In this document: piece by piece, positions 10,555-21,477 of the stretch | How the letters are laid out: every line of letters begins with the position of its first letter | How positions within the stretch are numbered: the stretch's first letter is position 1 | Assembly: GCA_052170535.1 (NCBI GenBank) | Contig: JBQNAH010000006.1 | Span: 15,027-79,026 of the forward strand | Direction of reading: 5' to 3' | Source: Campylobacter sp. | GTDB lineage: Bacteria > Campylobacterota > Campylobacteria > Campylobacterales > Campylobacteraceae | Length of the DNA: 64,000 nucleotides | Made by a program: the position numbers and the translations under genes | Notes under the pieces: generated by a model | Seen by the model: the letters and a program-made list of their open reading frames with translations, nothing else | What the model was told of the DNA's origin: nothing | The model's database searches: none

Positions 10555-10670
10555 TTTAACCCCTTGTAAAATTGCTAAATTTAACAAATTTTAGGTTAAA
10601 AATTACCTAAAATATGGCATAAATTTACTTTTTAAGCTACCTTTTGATACAATTAATCAAGGAGCGAGAT

Positions 10671-12083
10671 ATGGTTTTAGAAATAGAGCGCAAATTTATT
10701 TTGCGTAATTTATCCGTTTTAGAATCGCTCAACAGTGATGGCGTTGGCGTTTTACAAAACGATATTATTCAAATTTATACAAAAATAACGCCTATTAACG
10801 AGATTAGATTTCGCAAAATAAACGATAAATTTTTCACGACACAAAAATACGGCAAAGGGCTTATTAGAGAAGAGATAGAGAGCGAAACATCAAAAGAAAT
10901 TTTTGAAGAAGCACAAAAAAATAGTATCGGAATGCCGATAAAAAAGAGTAGGTTTAGTTTTAAAATCAATAATTTGCCTTGCAATATCGATGTTTTTAGC
11001 GAAATGCTAGAAGGATTGATAACGCTTGAAATAGAATTTTTAAACGCCGAAGATGCGGCAAAATTTGCAATTCCAGATTTTATTCAAAACTCAATCAAGA
11101 CCGAAATAACAAATGATGAACGATATAAAAATAAAAATTTAGCACTTTTTGGACTACCGCAAAATGATTTTGACATAGAGCGAACGTTTAAAATTTTACA
11201 AAAAAACCCAAACCTTAAACTTGCCGTTCCAAGCGGACTTCGCAGCATTGATGCACTCAGGGTTGTTTTGTTTCAAATTTACAAAACGCTAAGTTTAAAT
11301 TTGACCGAATTTGAGCTAAAAAATCAGAGCGAAACATTGCATCAAATTCGCATAAATTTACGCACTACTAGATCTTTGCTAGAACTTTTTAGTTGTGTTT
11401 TTGATACAAAAGTATCGCAATATTTTATGTCAAATTTCAAATCTTTGGCAAATTTAACAAATTTAAAACGTGATATAGACGTATTTTGCGAATTCTTATC
11501 AACACAAAAGCATTCAAGCGAATTAATACAAATCTTAAAAAAGCTAGAAAAAAATGAAAATCAAGCCATTCAAAAACGCTTAAACAGCTTTGAAACAAAC
11601 GAATTATTAAAGGATTGGGAGGTGTTTTTAAAAGAACAAAGCGACTTTTATAAGGGTCAGAATTTTGATGAAATTATAAAAAAAATAGTCGCAAAAGTTA
11701 TGCGTTTGCAAATCCTAAAAATAAAAAAACACCTCATTTATTTAGATAAACAAAGTATTAATGAAAAATTTCACGAAACTAGAAAACATATAAAAAAGTT
11801 GCACTATTTGGTTGAAATTTTCATTGATCTTTTCTCGATAAAGCAACTTGAAAAATGTTCAAAAAGAGCAAAAAATATGCAAGATTTGTTTGGAAATTTA
11901 CAAGATACGGACTTATGGCTGGGGCTTTTAGCGCGCATGCAAGGACACGATAAAAATCATAATATAAAAGAAAAAATCGAAAAAATCGCGCAGAAAAATC
12001 GCGCAGAAATACTAAGCAAAAAGGCTAAATTTGCTAAAACTTTAGGCAAAGTTTCAAGAAGCTTAAAAATTTATTACATTTAA
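10671..12083 (+). CDS. CYTH + CHAD domain protein (polyphosphate/triphosphate metabolism)
   Basis: EIERKF and LEIEF CYTH motifs; LHQIRINLR..RS, RDIDV, H..RK..KK, LQD CHAD motifs; AGGAG RBS. Confidence 0.85.
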   Translation: MVLEIERKFILRNLSVLESLNSDGVGVLQNDIIQIYTKITPINEIRFRKINDKFFTTQKYGKGLIREEIESETSKEIFEEAQKNSIGMPIKKSRFSFKINNLPCNIDVFSEMLEGLITLEIEFLNAEDAAKFAIPDFIQNSIKTEITNDERYKNKNLALFGLPQNDFDIERTFKILQKNPNLKLAVPSGLRSIDALRVVLFQIYKTLSLNLTEFELKNQSETLHQIRINLRTTRSLLELFSCVFDTKVSQYFMSNFKSLANLTNLKRDIDVFCEFLSTQKHSSELIQILKKLEKNENQAIQKRLNSFETNELLKDWEVFLKEQSDFYKGQNFDEIIKKIVAKVMRLQILKIKKHLIYLDKQSINEKFHETRKHIKKLHYLVEIFIDLFSIKQLEKCSKRAKNMQDLFGNLQDTDLWLGLLARMQGHDKNHNIKEKIEKIAQKNRAEILSKKAKFAKTLGKVSRSLKIYYI

Positions 12084-12093
12084 AAGAAGAGAT

Positions 12094-12810
12094 ATGCAAA
12101 AACAAGAAAAAATAGTCAAAATGTTTGATGACATCGCGCCAACTTATGACATCGCAAACAGAGTTATGAGTATGGGTGTGGATATTAGTTGGCGTAAAAT
12201 CGCGTGCAAAACCGTGCTAGAAAATTTCAAAAATCAAATCATAGATATAGTTGATGTTGCGTGCGGGACAGGCGATATGATGGGCTTTTGGAGCAAAACA
12301 GCAAGCGAAATGGGCATAAAAATCAACACCTTAACCGGTGTTGATCCGTCAATTGGAATGCTAAATGTGGCAAGGCAAAAATTTCCAAACTTTACATTTC
12401 TCCAAGCATTAGCCGACAACATATCTTTACCAAATGCTCACGCAAACGTGCTTAGCATAAGTTATGGTATACGAAACGTTGTGGCTAGACAAGCTGCGCT
12501 GAGAGAATTTAACAGAATTTTAAAAACTGGCGGATATATAGTGGTTTTAGAATTTACAAAACGAGAAAAAAGTGGATTTTTTACTAAAATTCGAGATTTG
12601 TATTTAAGTAAAATTCTGCCTGTTATAGGCGGTTTGATCTCAAAAAATAAAGAGGCGTATGAATATTTGCCAAATTCGATAGAGAATTTTCTTGACGCAA
12701 AAAGCTTTAATCAAGAGTTAATAAACGCGGGGTTTGAAATTGAAATTTGCAAAGGATTTTCGATGGATATTTCGACACTTTTTATAGCTAAAAAGGTGCG
12801 AGATTGCTAA
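12094..12810 (+). CDS. ubiE: UbiE/MenG demethylmenaquinone methyltransferase
   Basis: MFDDIAPTYD..NR..S.G, DVACGTGD, YGIRNV, AYEYLP.SI. Confidence 0.93.
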   Translation: MQKQEKIVKMFDDIAPTYDIANRVMSMGVDISWRKIACKTVLENFKNQIIDIVDVACGTGDMMGFWSKTASEMGIKINTLTGVDPSIGMLNVARQKFPNFTFLQALADNISLPNAHANVLSISYGIRNVVARQAALREFNRILKTGGYIVVLEFTKREKSGFFTKIRDLYLSKILPVIGGLISKNKEAYEYLPNSIENFLDAKSFNQELINAGFEIEICKGFSMDISTLFIAKKVRDC

Positions 12811-13967
12811 GTGTAAGCGAGCTGAACGAACAGGCTAAAACACTGCTTGAAACGACATTTTCGTATGTCGAGGTGCAGGGAGAAATTTCACGTCTTACAA
12901 AGCACGGCTCGGGGCATTGGTATTTTACGTTAAAAGATGAAAATAGCTCAATTTCAGCTGTGATTTATAAATCTAATAACGTAAAATTAAAATTTAACGT
13001 ATTAGACGGTATTAAAGTCGTTTTATACGGCAAAATTTCGCTATATGCACCAAGTGGAAGTTATCAATTTATCGCGACTTTGATAAGACCAAGTGGCGAA
13101 GGCGAGCTTGAATTGGCTTTTAAACAACTTCAAGAAAAATTATCAAATGAAGGACTTTTTGACCAAAATTTGAAAAAAAAGTTGCCTAAATTTCCGAGCA
13201 AAATCGCCATCATCACGTCAAAAACATCGGCAGCTTTACAAGATATGCATAGGATTATAAATCAAAAATGGCCAATTGGCGAAATTATTATTTTTGATTC
13301 GCTAACACAAGGCGAAAATGCCGCAAAAACAATAATAAACGCGCTCAAAAAGGCAGATAAAATAGATGCTGACGCCATAGTAATAGCTCGTGGTGGCGGA
13401 AGCAGAGAGGATTTGTGGTGCTTTAACGATGAAAATTTAGCGCGTGAAATTGTTGCAGCTAAAACACCGATTATTTCGGCTATCGGACACGAAATTGACT
13501 ACGTAATAAGTGATTTTGTGGCAGATTTTAGAGCGCCTACTCCAACGGCAGCTATGACTACGCTGTTGCCAGACATTAACGAAATAATGCAGACAATCGA
13601 CGCAATGAGTACCGAGCTAGATAAGCTTGTTAAACATAATTTGGAGCGAAAATTTAATACGATTTCGCTTTTAAAAATGCGGTTTCACAGTGTCGGTTTA
13701 AAGCAAAAAATCAAAAATAAAGAGCAAATTTTGCAAAATTTAAAGCAAGTTTTAAATAACGCAATGCTAACGAAATTATTAAAACTGCAAAATCAAATCG
13801 ATATATTTAAAGAGGGTTTTAAACATCAAGAGCAATTTTTTACTCAAATTAAAAATTTTGTTCGTATCCAAAAAGATGGTAAAACGGTGAATTTAAGTCA
13901 ATTACAAAGCGGAGATGAGATCGTGCTAAGCTCGACACAGACACAAAAAACAGCTAAAATTTTATAG
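12804..13967 (+). CDS. xseA: Exodeoxyribonuclease VII large subunit
   Basis: GEIS, SGHWYFTLKD, ARGGGSREDLWCFN, SAIGHEID, RAPTPTAA. Confidence 0.95.
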   Translation: MLSVSELNEQAKTLLETTFSYVEVQGEISRLTKHGSGHWYFTLKDENSSISAVIYKSNNVKLKFNVLDGIKVVLYGKISLYAPSGSYQFIATLIRPSGEGELELAFKQLQEKLSNEGLFDQNLKKKLPKFPSKIAIITSKTSAALQDMHRIINQKWPIGEIIIFDSLTQGENAAKTIINALKKADKIDADAIVIARGGGSREDLWCFNDENLAREIVAAKTPIISAIGHEIDYVISDFVADFRAPTPTAAMTTLLPDINEIMQTIDAMSTELDKLVKHNLERKFNTISLLKMRFHSVGLKQKIKNKEQILQNLKQVLNNAMLTKLLKLQNQIDIFKEGFKHQEQFFTQIKNFVRIQKDGKTVNLSQLQSGDEIVLSSTQTQKTAKIL

Positions 13968-13975
13968 GAAATAAA

Positions 13976-14488
13976 ATGAAAAGAATTTATATTTTAATAT
14001 TTGCCATTATATTTAGCGGATGTGCGAATATGAGTTGTGATAACAAAGAAGTCGTAAAGCTTGTAGGCAAAAACATCAGTAAAACCGAATTTGTCAAGAA
14101 AGATTACCAAGATGTAAAAAATCAAGAATTCGCCCTAGCTTTCTTAGATGAAATTTTCTCAAATAAACTTCCGCAAGAACTAGAGCCCATAGGTGAAATT
14201 TTTGCCAATATCCGCAACAAAAACTGCGATAACGATAATATAGTATGCAAATTTGCAAAAGCTTTAAACAAAGCAAAAACCGCGATAAACGAAGATAATA
14301 TTGTTTTAGCAAATTTTAAAAAGATTGCCAAAAATGATGAAAAAATCGTGTGCGAAGCTGATATGTGGCTAACGGATAACGACGGCAACGAACTTTTAGA
14401 TAACGATATGATTATAAAATATCAAGCGTGGCTGGCTAATGATAAAACAAGGGTCAAAATTTTGGATATTAGAGAAAAAGGCGAATAA
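13976..14488 (+). CDS. Hypothetical lipoprotein
   Basis: Signal peptide MKRIYILIFAIIFSG-C (lipobox); AGGA RBS. Confidence 0.7.
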   Translation: MKRIYILIFAIIFSGCANMSCDNKEVVKLVGKNISKTEFVKKDYQDVKNQEFALAFLDEIFSNKLPQELEPIGEIFANIRNKNCDNDNIVCKFAKALNKAKTAINEDNIVLANFKKIAKNDEKIVCEADMWLTDNDGNELLDNDMIIKYQAWLANDKTRVKILDIREKGE

Positions 14489-14494
14489 ATTTCG

Positions 14495-14905
14495 CTATTT
14501 TCTACAATGCTCGCAATCTTTTGTCGTTACCGTAACGCTCATTTTTTGAATGAAATTTCCAAGATTGCGTTGCAATTTTTCCTTATAATTATCAAGCGTA
14601 TCGCAAAAATCATAATCTGTAATTTTACCGCAATTATCGCAAATAACGTGGATATGCGGACAACTAAAAATGTCGTATTTTACCTTTTGGTTTGGTATAT
14701 TTACCTCTACAACCAAACCCTCGTCTTTTAGCATATTTAAATTTTTATAAACTGTCGCAAGAGAAACGGAAGGGTTTTCGGCACAAATTTCGCCATACAA
14801 TTCATCAATAGTCGGATGAGTGTGGCGATCTAAAATTTTTAGCACGGAGATTCGTTGAGGTGTAGCTTTTAAACCGCGCTCTTTTAATAATTCCATATAA
14901 TTCAT
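14495..14905 (-). CDS. perR: Fur-family regulator, PerR type
   Basis: LKATPQR, HPTIDELY, SLATVYKNL, HIHVICDNCG, C-terminal CEHC. Confidence 0.85.
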   Translation of the reverse strand: MNYMELLKERGLKATPQRISVLKILDRHTHPTIDELYGEICAENPSVSLATVYKNLNMLKDEGLVVEVNIPNQKVKYDIFSCPHIHVICDNCGKITDYDFCDTLDNYKEKLQRNLGNFIQKMSVTVTTKDCEHCRK

Positions 14906-15007
14906 AAATTTTCCTTAATAATTTGTGGCAATTTTACAAAAAGATTATTTAAAACTTCTTTATATTTGTTAATATAAATTATTATTTGAGAAAAATATTT
15001 TAAAAGT

Positions 15008-16831
15008 CTAAATTTTAAGCTCGTTTTTTATCTTGTCTTTAATACTATAAGTATCGATTTTTAGGCTCTTTTCTACATCGGCTGTTTTGCCGTGAGTGAT
15101 AAACTTATCATCAAATTCAAAGCTAACAACACTAACATCATAAATTTTATTATCTTGCAAAAACGAACTCAATATCTCACCTACTCCGCCTTTTTTGGCG
15201 CTATCACTAAAAATAAACCATTTTTTATGCTTTTGACAAAGTTGCATTAAAAGCTCTGTATCAAGCGGTTTTACAAAAACCAAATCCACCAGCGCGACGT
15301 CAATATCAAGCAAATTTCTAACTTCGTTCGCCTTTCCGACGCCATTTCCATAACCGATAAATAAAACATCACTATCGCCAGATTTTAAAATTTCACCCTT
15401 TGCAAATTGCAATGGTTTAGCTTTAAATTTATCGCTTTTAAGCAAAAAACTTCCGCGCGGATACCTAAATGCGCATACGCCAACGTGCAAATACGCATAT
15501 TGCATAGCAAATTTTAAGCTATCAGCACACCTTGGCGCAAAAAGCGTGATATTTGGTATCGCGTTTAAGAAGCTAATATCAAAAGCGCCCTGGTGCGTTT
15601 CGCCATCTTCGCCGACTATACCAGCGCGATCCATCGCAAATACGATATTTAAATTCATAATACAGCAATCATGAATGACTTGATCGTAAGCTCTTTGCAA
15701 AAACGTGGAGTAAATCACTATAAACGGTTTAAAACCTTCGCGTGCCATTGCAGCCATTGATGTTACAGCGTGTTGCTCTGCAATAGCCACGTCCCAAAAG
15801 CGATCTGGAAATTTCTCGATTAACAAATCAAGCCCAGTTCCAGTTGGCATAGCCGCCGTTACACCAACTATGTTTTCATGTTTTGAAGCAAGTTCTAGCA
15901 AATTTTCACTAAAAAGCGTGGTTGCTGTTTTTTGACTGCTTTTATGTATCAACTCCCCACTTTGTAAATCAAAAGGACCAACCCCGTGCCAATTTGCATA
16001 GTGCCCCTCAGCTTTCTCATAGCCTTTACCTTTTAGAGTTTGAGCGTGAACAACGACAGGTTTTTTTATCGCTTTTGCCACGCTAAATGCGTCAATAAGG
16101 GCTTTTAAATCATGCCCATTTACAGGACCGATGTATTCAAGTCCCAGTTCTTCAAAAAACATTCCTGGCGTAATGAGCCTAAAACCCTCTTCTAAACGCT
16201 TTGCCATATATGCAGCAGAATCTGGCATATAACTTAAAAATTTCTCAACTCTGCCTTTAAATTTTTGGTAAAATTGCCCTGCCATCATTTGGCTTAGATA
16301 TTTACTAAGCGCACCGATTGGCTTGCTTATACTCATTTCGTTATCGTTTAAGATTATCACACAAGGATATTTTCTATCTCCAAGCTCGTTTAAAGCTTCA
16401 TACGCCATTCCTGCGCTCATAGAACCATCACCTATTAGCACAACTGGCAAACGATCTTCGTTTTTAAGACTGATTGCTTTTGCTGCGCCAACTCCAAGAG
16501 ATATGGAAGTGGAGCTGTGTCCTGCTATAAAATAATCATACTCGCTTTCGCTTGGCTTAGTATATCCGCTTATACCGCCAAATTTTCTAAGTGAGCTAAA
16601 TTTATCAAAACGATCGGTCAAAAGTTTGTGAGCGTAACTTTGATGGCTGACGTCAAATATAAATGGATCTTTTGAAACGTCAAATACGTAGTGCATCGCC
16701 ACGATAAGCTCGACTGCACCGATATTTGAGCTTAAATGTCCGCCGTTGTGGCTAACTACGTCTAAAATTCTATCCCTAAGCTGCTTGCAAAGCTCGTTTA
16801 ATTCGCTTAAATTCTTTGATTTTATATCCAT
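15008..16831 (-). CDS. dxs: 1-deoxy-D-xylulose-5-phosphate synthase
   Basis: GGHLSSN, DVSHQSYAHK, GHSSTSIS, GDG..NDN, IAEQHA, DGETHQG. Confidence 0.97.
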   Translation of the reverse strand: MDIKSKNLSELNELCKQLRDRILDVVSHNGGHLSSNIGAVELIVAMHYVFDVSKDPFIFDVSHQSYAHKLLTDRFDKFSSLRKFGGISGYTKPSESEYDYFIAGHSSTSISLGVGAAKAISLKNEDRLPVVLIGDGSMSAGMAYEALNELGDRKYPCVIILNDNEMSISKPIGALSKYLSQMMAGQFYQKFKGRVEKFLSYMPDSAAYMAKRLEEGFRLITPGMFFEELGLEYIGPVNGHDLKALIDAFSVAKAIKKPVVVHAQTLKGKGYEKAEGHYANWHGVGPFDLQSGELIHKSSQKTATTLFSENLLELASKHENIVGVTAAMPTGTGLDLLIEKFPDRFWDVAIAEQHAVTSMAAMAREGFKPFIVIYSTFLQRAYDQVIHDCCIMNLNIVFAMDRAGIVGEDGETHQGAFDISFLNAIPNITLFAPRCADSLKFAMQYAYLHVGVCAFRYPRGSFLLKSDKFKAKPLQFAKGEILKSGDSDVLFIGYGNGVGKANEVRNLLDIDVALVDLVFVKPLDTELLMQLCQKHKKWFIFSDSAKKGGVGEILSSFLQDNKIYDVSVVSFEFDDKFITHGKTADVEKSLKIDTYSIKDKIKNELKI

Positions 16832-17652
16832 TATTCACTAATTATCTTTCTGATTTTATCAAATCTCGCTTCGATAGTGCCGTCTAAATTTCCAACATCG
16901 CTTAAAACTATCACTCCGCCGATATTTATGGCATCATCAGAGCTTACCTTGATATTTTCGCTTTTGCTAAACGCCTCTTTGATAAATTCATAATCTTTTA
17001 AGCTAACTTTTATCTCTATCGTTTTTGCATCTTTAATCTCTTTTAAAAGCGTATTGCAAAGCGACATTGCAACCTGTGAAGAATGTGCAGAGATTTCTTT
17101 TTTCACAACCTCTTTTGCTATATCGACAGCTGTATTTGAGAGCTCGTTTTCGCTTGTCGTAAGCAAATTTGAGAATTTTTGTGCCTCGTCATCGAGCTTA
17201 GATATAGACGCTAAGAAGCGATTTTGTAGCGATTTTAACTCATCTTCAAATTTAATAGTAGCTTCGTCAAAGCCTTGTTTTACGCCCTCTTCTTTGGCTC
17301 TTTGCGTTTCGCTTTCTAAGCGTTTTGCAAATTCTGTTTCTTGATTTTCCATTTGCATTTGAAGCTTTATAATACTTCCAGACATCTCATCTATGCGTTT
17401 TAAAAGCTCCTCGACAAAGCTTGGCTGATTTTGAATTACGGAAGAATTTTGCTCAACTTGCTCGTCGTTTGTTAAATTTAGCTCCGAAGTATCGGCTTGT
17501 GGCTGAGTAAATTTTGCATCTTGCATCTTTGCCATATGCGCATCTTGGTCGTGCTCTTCGTCGCTTTTTTGCTCTTGGCTTAAAATTTTGAAGCGATAAT
17601 TCTCTACAAAATGCCCGCTAACTTGTTCGTTTGTAATTACGCTACTTTTCAT
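16831..17652 (-). CDS. fliH: Flagellar assembly protein FliH
   Basis: Follows fliG; AKEEGVKQG, GGVIVLSDVGNLDGTI. Confidence 0.9.
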   Translation of the reverse strand: MKSSVITNEQVSGHFVENYRFKILSQEQKSDEEHDQDAHMAKMQDAKFTQPQADTSELNLTNDEQVEQNSSVIQNQPSFVEELLKRIDEMSGSIIKLQMQMENQETEFAKRLESETQRAKEEGVKQGFDEATIKFEDELKSLQNRFLASISKLDDEAQKFSNLLTTSENELSNTAVDIAKEVVKKEISAHSSQVAMSLCNTLLKEIKDAKTIEIKVSLKDYEFIKEAFSKSENIKVSSDDAINIGGVIVLSDVGNLDGTIEARFDKIRKIISE

Positions 17653-18680
17653 TCTATCATCTCATCAGCTTCGCCTATTTGGAACACTCCGCTATCGGCT
17701 AGAGCTTGGACTTGCTCGACTATGCGGCGCTGGGCTTCTTCGACATCTTTTAGCCTAACCGCGCCAAGATATTGCATTTCTTCTTTAAAGGCTTCGCTAG
17801 CACGTTGGCTCATATTTGACATAAATTTCTCTTTTAAAGAATCTCCTGCACCTTTTAGCGCGATCATTAGATCTTTTTTATCGACATTTTTCAAAATTTC
17901 CCTAATCGCATTTTGATTAAGCGTATTAATATCTTCAAACGTAAACATAAGCTCTTTAATCATAGTCGCTAGCTTACCATCGCTTTCTTCGATGAAATCA
18001 AGCGTAGTTTTGGAAGCTTTTTGACCAAGTCTGTTTAGCACTTCCGCCACAGCTCTTGGGCCTCCGACCTCAACTTTATACGACGTCAAGCTTTCTAGTT
18101 TGCCTTCTAAGACAGTTGAAACGCGCTTAATAACAGATGGGCTAATATCGCCTAAATTTGCCATTCTAACGACGACTTCGCCTCTTAATTCATCGCTAAA
18201 AAATGATAACGTTTCAGCCGCGGAGGTAGGGTCCATATGCGCTAGTATCAAAGCTATCGTTTGAGGGTGCTCTTTGATGATAAAATCAGCTAGTTGTTGC
18301 GGTTTGACCTTGGTAAGATAGCCAAAACTTTTTGAGCTTTCCATACTTTTGGCTAATTTATCTAAAATTTTCTGCGCCGTTTCAGGACCGAATGTGCGGT
18401 ATAAAATTTCCTTCGCATACTCGAAACTTCCACCTTTTATGTATTGATTTGACTGCATTAATGCGTAAAATTCTTCCAAAACAGCTCCAGCTACGGCCTT
18501 ATCCACACTTTTTGCGGTCGCTATATAGCGCGAAATTTCGGTAATAACATCAACTTCCATATGAGAAAATAGCAATGTCGTAGAATCTTCGCCAAGTTGA
18601 ATCAAAAGTATCGCGACCTTTTCGGGCATCGAAAGATCGTCATAAACCATTTTTTGCTGATCGGTTAGTTTTATTGCCAT
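17649..18680 (-). CDS. fliG: Flagellar motor switch protein FliG
   Basis: KVAILL, EHPQTIALIL, GGPRAVAEVLN, MFTFED, NMSQRA. Confidence 0.97.
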   Translation of the reverse strand: MAIKLTDQQKMVYDDLSMPEKVAILLIQLGEDSTTLLFSHMEVDVITEISRYIATAKSVDKAVAGAVLEEFYALMQSNQYIKGGSFEYAKEILYRTFGPETAQKILDKLAKSMESSKSFGYLTKVKPQQLADFIIKEHPQTIALILAHMDPTSAAETLSFFSDELRGEVVVRMANLGDISPSVIKRVSTVLEGKLESLTSYKVEVGGPRAVAEVLNRLGQKASKTTLDFIEESDGKLATMIKELMFTFEDINTLNQNAIREILKNVDKKDLMIALKGAGDSLKEKFMSNMSQRASEAFKEEMQYLGAVRLKDVEEAQRRIVEQVQALADSGVFQIGEADEMIE

Positions 18681-20374
18681 CAAAAATCCTTGCGATTACT
18701 AAATTCCGTATCGTTTTTTATCATATCTTGAAGCAATGTTGAAATTTCATCGGTTCGCTCTTGGATAACTAATTTCATTTTTTCAAGTATGACGTCGTAT
18801 TTAAGGTCATCTTCGTTAAATTCGCCATTTAAACCAAGCTGTTCTTCAACCCGTTTTTTGGTTTGTTGATATTTCTCCAGCGTATCCTCGCTATCGTCTA
18901 AATCAACCATTTCAGGTTGAATATCAACCTCTTCTTCCTTAATATCTTCAAGCATTTTAGCCATAAACGGCACGATGACTTTTTTGTAAAAGATAAATAA
19001 AAGCAAAATAACAAACAAATATTTAACAAACGGCATAAACGGCGAAACGTAAAGACCAAAAAAGCTACTAACTTTGTTCGCTGGCGTTTGTGAATCTTGC
19101 TTTTGAAACTCAAAGTTACTAACCGTAATCTCATCTCCGCGATCTTCTTTAAAGCCAACGGCTTGACGGATTAACGAATTTATCTGGGCTAGTTGTGTAT
19201 CAGTTAGTGCGACATATTCAAGCTCGCCAAGAGATTTGCCGTTTTCGTCCTTTTTATCTATGTATTTTCCATCGACAACCACAGCTGCACTTAAACGCTT
19301 AATCGTGGCAAATTGATCTTTTATACGCTCAACTTTCTTTGAAATTTCGTAATTTGTCGTAGCCGAGCTTTTCGAGTAAAGCTCCTTCATTTTGTTATCT
19401 TCTAGTCCCTCGACCGGACCTATATTGCTAACAGCTCCTGGCACACCTTGAACATCAGCTTCTTTGCTTCCTTGACGCTTCTCTTCTATATTTTGCTCGC
19501 TTCTAGCGACAGAATTTGGATCAAACGTTTCGCTTTGAATATCCTTTCTGGCAAAATCAAAATCAATTGTAACCTTTGCCACAACCTTGCTTGAGCCACC
19601 GACAATCGGACTTAAAACATTTATGATTTTTTGTTCAAGCGAGGCTTCGGCTTCGCGTTTATAACGAATTTGCTGAGTGATTTGATCGCTATCGTATTCG
19701 CCGTCTTCTTCCCCAAGAGGAACGCCGTCTTGATTTACGATTTTGACATTTTCCTGCGTTAAATTCGCAACCGAAGCGGAAACTAAATTCTTAATACCAG
19801 TAATTTGTTTTAAATTTAAATTTTGTCCGTCTTTTAGATTAAGCACAATTGACGCACTAGGCGGCGTGGCTCGCTCGATAAAAAGCGTTTCTTTGGGGAT
19901 AGCAATGCGAACGATAGCTTTATTAATCGGCGCTAAACTCTCTATCGTCCTAGCAAGTTCGCCCTCTAATGCACGCTGAAATTTAACCTTTTGTTCAGCA
20001 TCAGTCGCTCCAAATTCCTGCTTGTCAAAAATTTCAAAACCGACCTTGCCGTCTTTTAAAATCCCTAAACTAGCAATCGCGATACGCTCTTTATAAACAT
20101 CAGAAGTTGGCACTAAAATAGTATTTTCATTTACGATTTTATAATTAATTTTATCTTTTTCAAGCTGCTGAATAATAAGTGCTGAATCAGCTGCTGTCGT
20201 ATCTTCAAACAACACAGCATAGCCATCATAGCTTGTGTTTGAGCTTTTATAAATGCTTAAAAATACCAAAAACCCAACGACCAAAACAACCGAACTAGCC
20301 GCTACAATACGCTGTTTTAGCGACAAATTTTGATAAACTTGACCGATTTGTTGAAGTAAAGCTTTAAAATCCAT
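18680..20374 (-). CDS. fliF: Flagellar MS-ring protein FliF
   Basis: GFEIFDKQEFG.T, RALEGELARTI, ASIVL, RSEQ, NYEISK; two TM segments. Confidence 0.96.
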   Translation of the reverse strand: MDFKALLQQIGQVYQNLSLKQRIVAASSVVLVVGFLVFLSIYKSSNTSYDGYAVLFEDTTAADSALIIQQLEKDKINYKIVNENTILVPTSDVYKERIAIASLGILKDGKVGFEIFDKQEFGATDAEQKVKFQRALEGELARTIESLAPINKAIVRIAIPKETLFIERATPPSASIVLNLKDGQNLNLKQITGIKNLVSASVANLTQENVKIVNQDGVPLGEEDGEYDSDQITQQIRYKREAEASLEQKIINVLSPIVGGSSKVVAKVTIDFDFARKDIQSETFDPNSVARSEQNIEEKRQGSKEADVQGVPGAVSNIGPVEGLEDNKMKELYSKSSATTNYEISKKVERIKDQFATIKRLSAAVVVDGKYIDKKDENGKSLGELEYVALTDTQLAQINSLIRQAVGFKEDRGDEITVSNFEFQKQDSQTPANKVSSFFGLYVSPFMPFVKYLFVILLLFIFYKKVIVPFMAKMLEDIKEEEVDIQPEMVDLDDSEDTLEKYQQTKKRVEEQLGLNGEFNEDDLKYDVILEKMKLVIQERTDEISTLLQDMIKNDTEFSNRKDF

Positions 20375-20375
20375 A

Positions 20376-21476
20376 TTAATTTATCATTTCCGCAAGTTCG
20401 CTTAATACCCTATCGTTTTGCTCCGGCGTGCCAATCGTGATACGAATCGCATTCATCGAATAGCTTTTTAAATCGCGCAAAATTATACCTTTTTTCAGTA
20501 AATTTTGTGCGATTTGCGAAGCGTTATGCTGGCTAAATTTAAACACGATGAAATTCGTATAGCTTGGCAAATACTCAATGGCGTATTTTTTGGCGAATTC
20601 TTCGTATTTTACCATCTCTTTGAAATTTAACTCCAACGTTTTATTTACAAAATCTTCATCTTTAAGCGCTTCAATCGCCGCTTTTAAACTCAAAGTCGTG
20701 ATGTTAAACGGGGCTCTTAATTTATAAAGCTCTTTTATCAAATCATTTTGTGCGATACCGTATCCCACTCGCATTCCGCCCAATCCATACGCCTTTGAAA
20801 ACGTGCCAAGATAGATAGAATTTGGAAACTGTTTAATTAGTCTATCTGGTATAATCTCCTTTTTGCTGTCTTTAAATTTAGCAAATTCTTGATAAGCACA
20901 ATCAACAACCACTAAAACATCATTATCGATTTTTGACATAAAATGATAAATTTCATCAGCATTTAAACACTCGCCAAGCGGATTGTTTGGCACACACAAA
21001 AATATAACACCAATCTCGTTTTTGTGTGCTTCATAAACGCTTAAAAACTCATTTAAATCGTGCCCTTGCGATCTTGTTTTAAAAATTTTTGCTCCAACAA
21101 TTCTAGAGTAAATTTCATACATCGCAAATGTCGTGCCAGCCATTAAAACGCCACTTTTTTCGTTAGCTTTGGCATTGACGCAAAATTCTATAATCTGATC
21201 GCTTCCGCTACCGATTATGATATTTTCACTCTTGACGTCAAATTTGCTCGCCAAAGCCTCTTTTAGCTCAAAATAACTATCGTCTGGATAAAGGTGCATT
21301 TTAGTCGCCGCATCGCAAACTGCGTTTATAACGGCTTTACTTGTGCCGTAAGGATTTTCGTTGCTGGCAAGCTTTATCACGTCTTTTTCGTCTATGCCGT
21401 ATTCGCGCACGACAAGTTCGATTGGCTTGCCTGCTTCATAAGTCGTTAAATTAGCCAAATTTGCATTAAATTTCAT
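20376..21476 (-). CDS. hisC: Histidinol-phosphate aminotransferase
   Basis: [30 protein letters not shown]. Confidence 0.95.
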   Translation of the reverse strand: MKFNANLANLTTYEAGKPIELVVREYGIDEKDVIKLASNENPYGTSKAVINAVCDAATKMHLYPDDSYFELKEALASKFDVKSENIIIGSGSDQIIEFCVNAKANEKSGVLMAGTTFAMYEIYSRIVGAKIFKTRSQGHDLNEFLSVYEAHKNEIGVIFLCVPNNPLGECLNADEIYHFMSKIDNDVLVVVDCAYQEFAKFKDSKKEIIPDRLIKQFPNSIYLGTFSKAYGLGGMRVGYGIAQNDLIKELYKLRAPFNITTLSLKAAIEALKDEDFVNKTLELNFKEMVKYEEFAKKYAIEYLPSYTNFIVFKFSQHNASQIAQNLLKKGIILRDLKSYSMNAIRITIGTPEQNDRVLSELAEMIN

Positions 21477-21477
21477 A

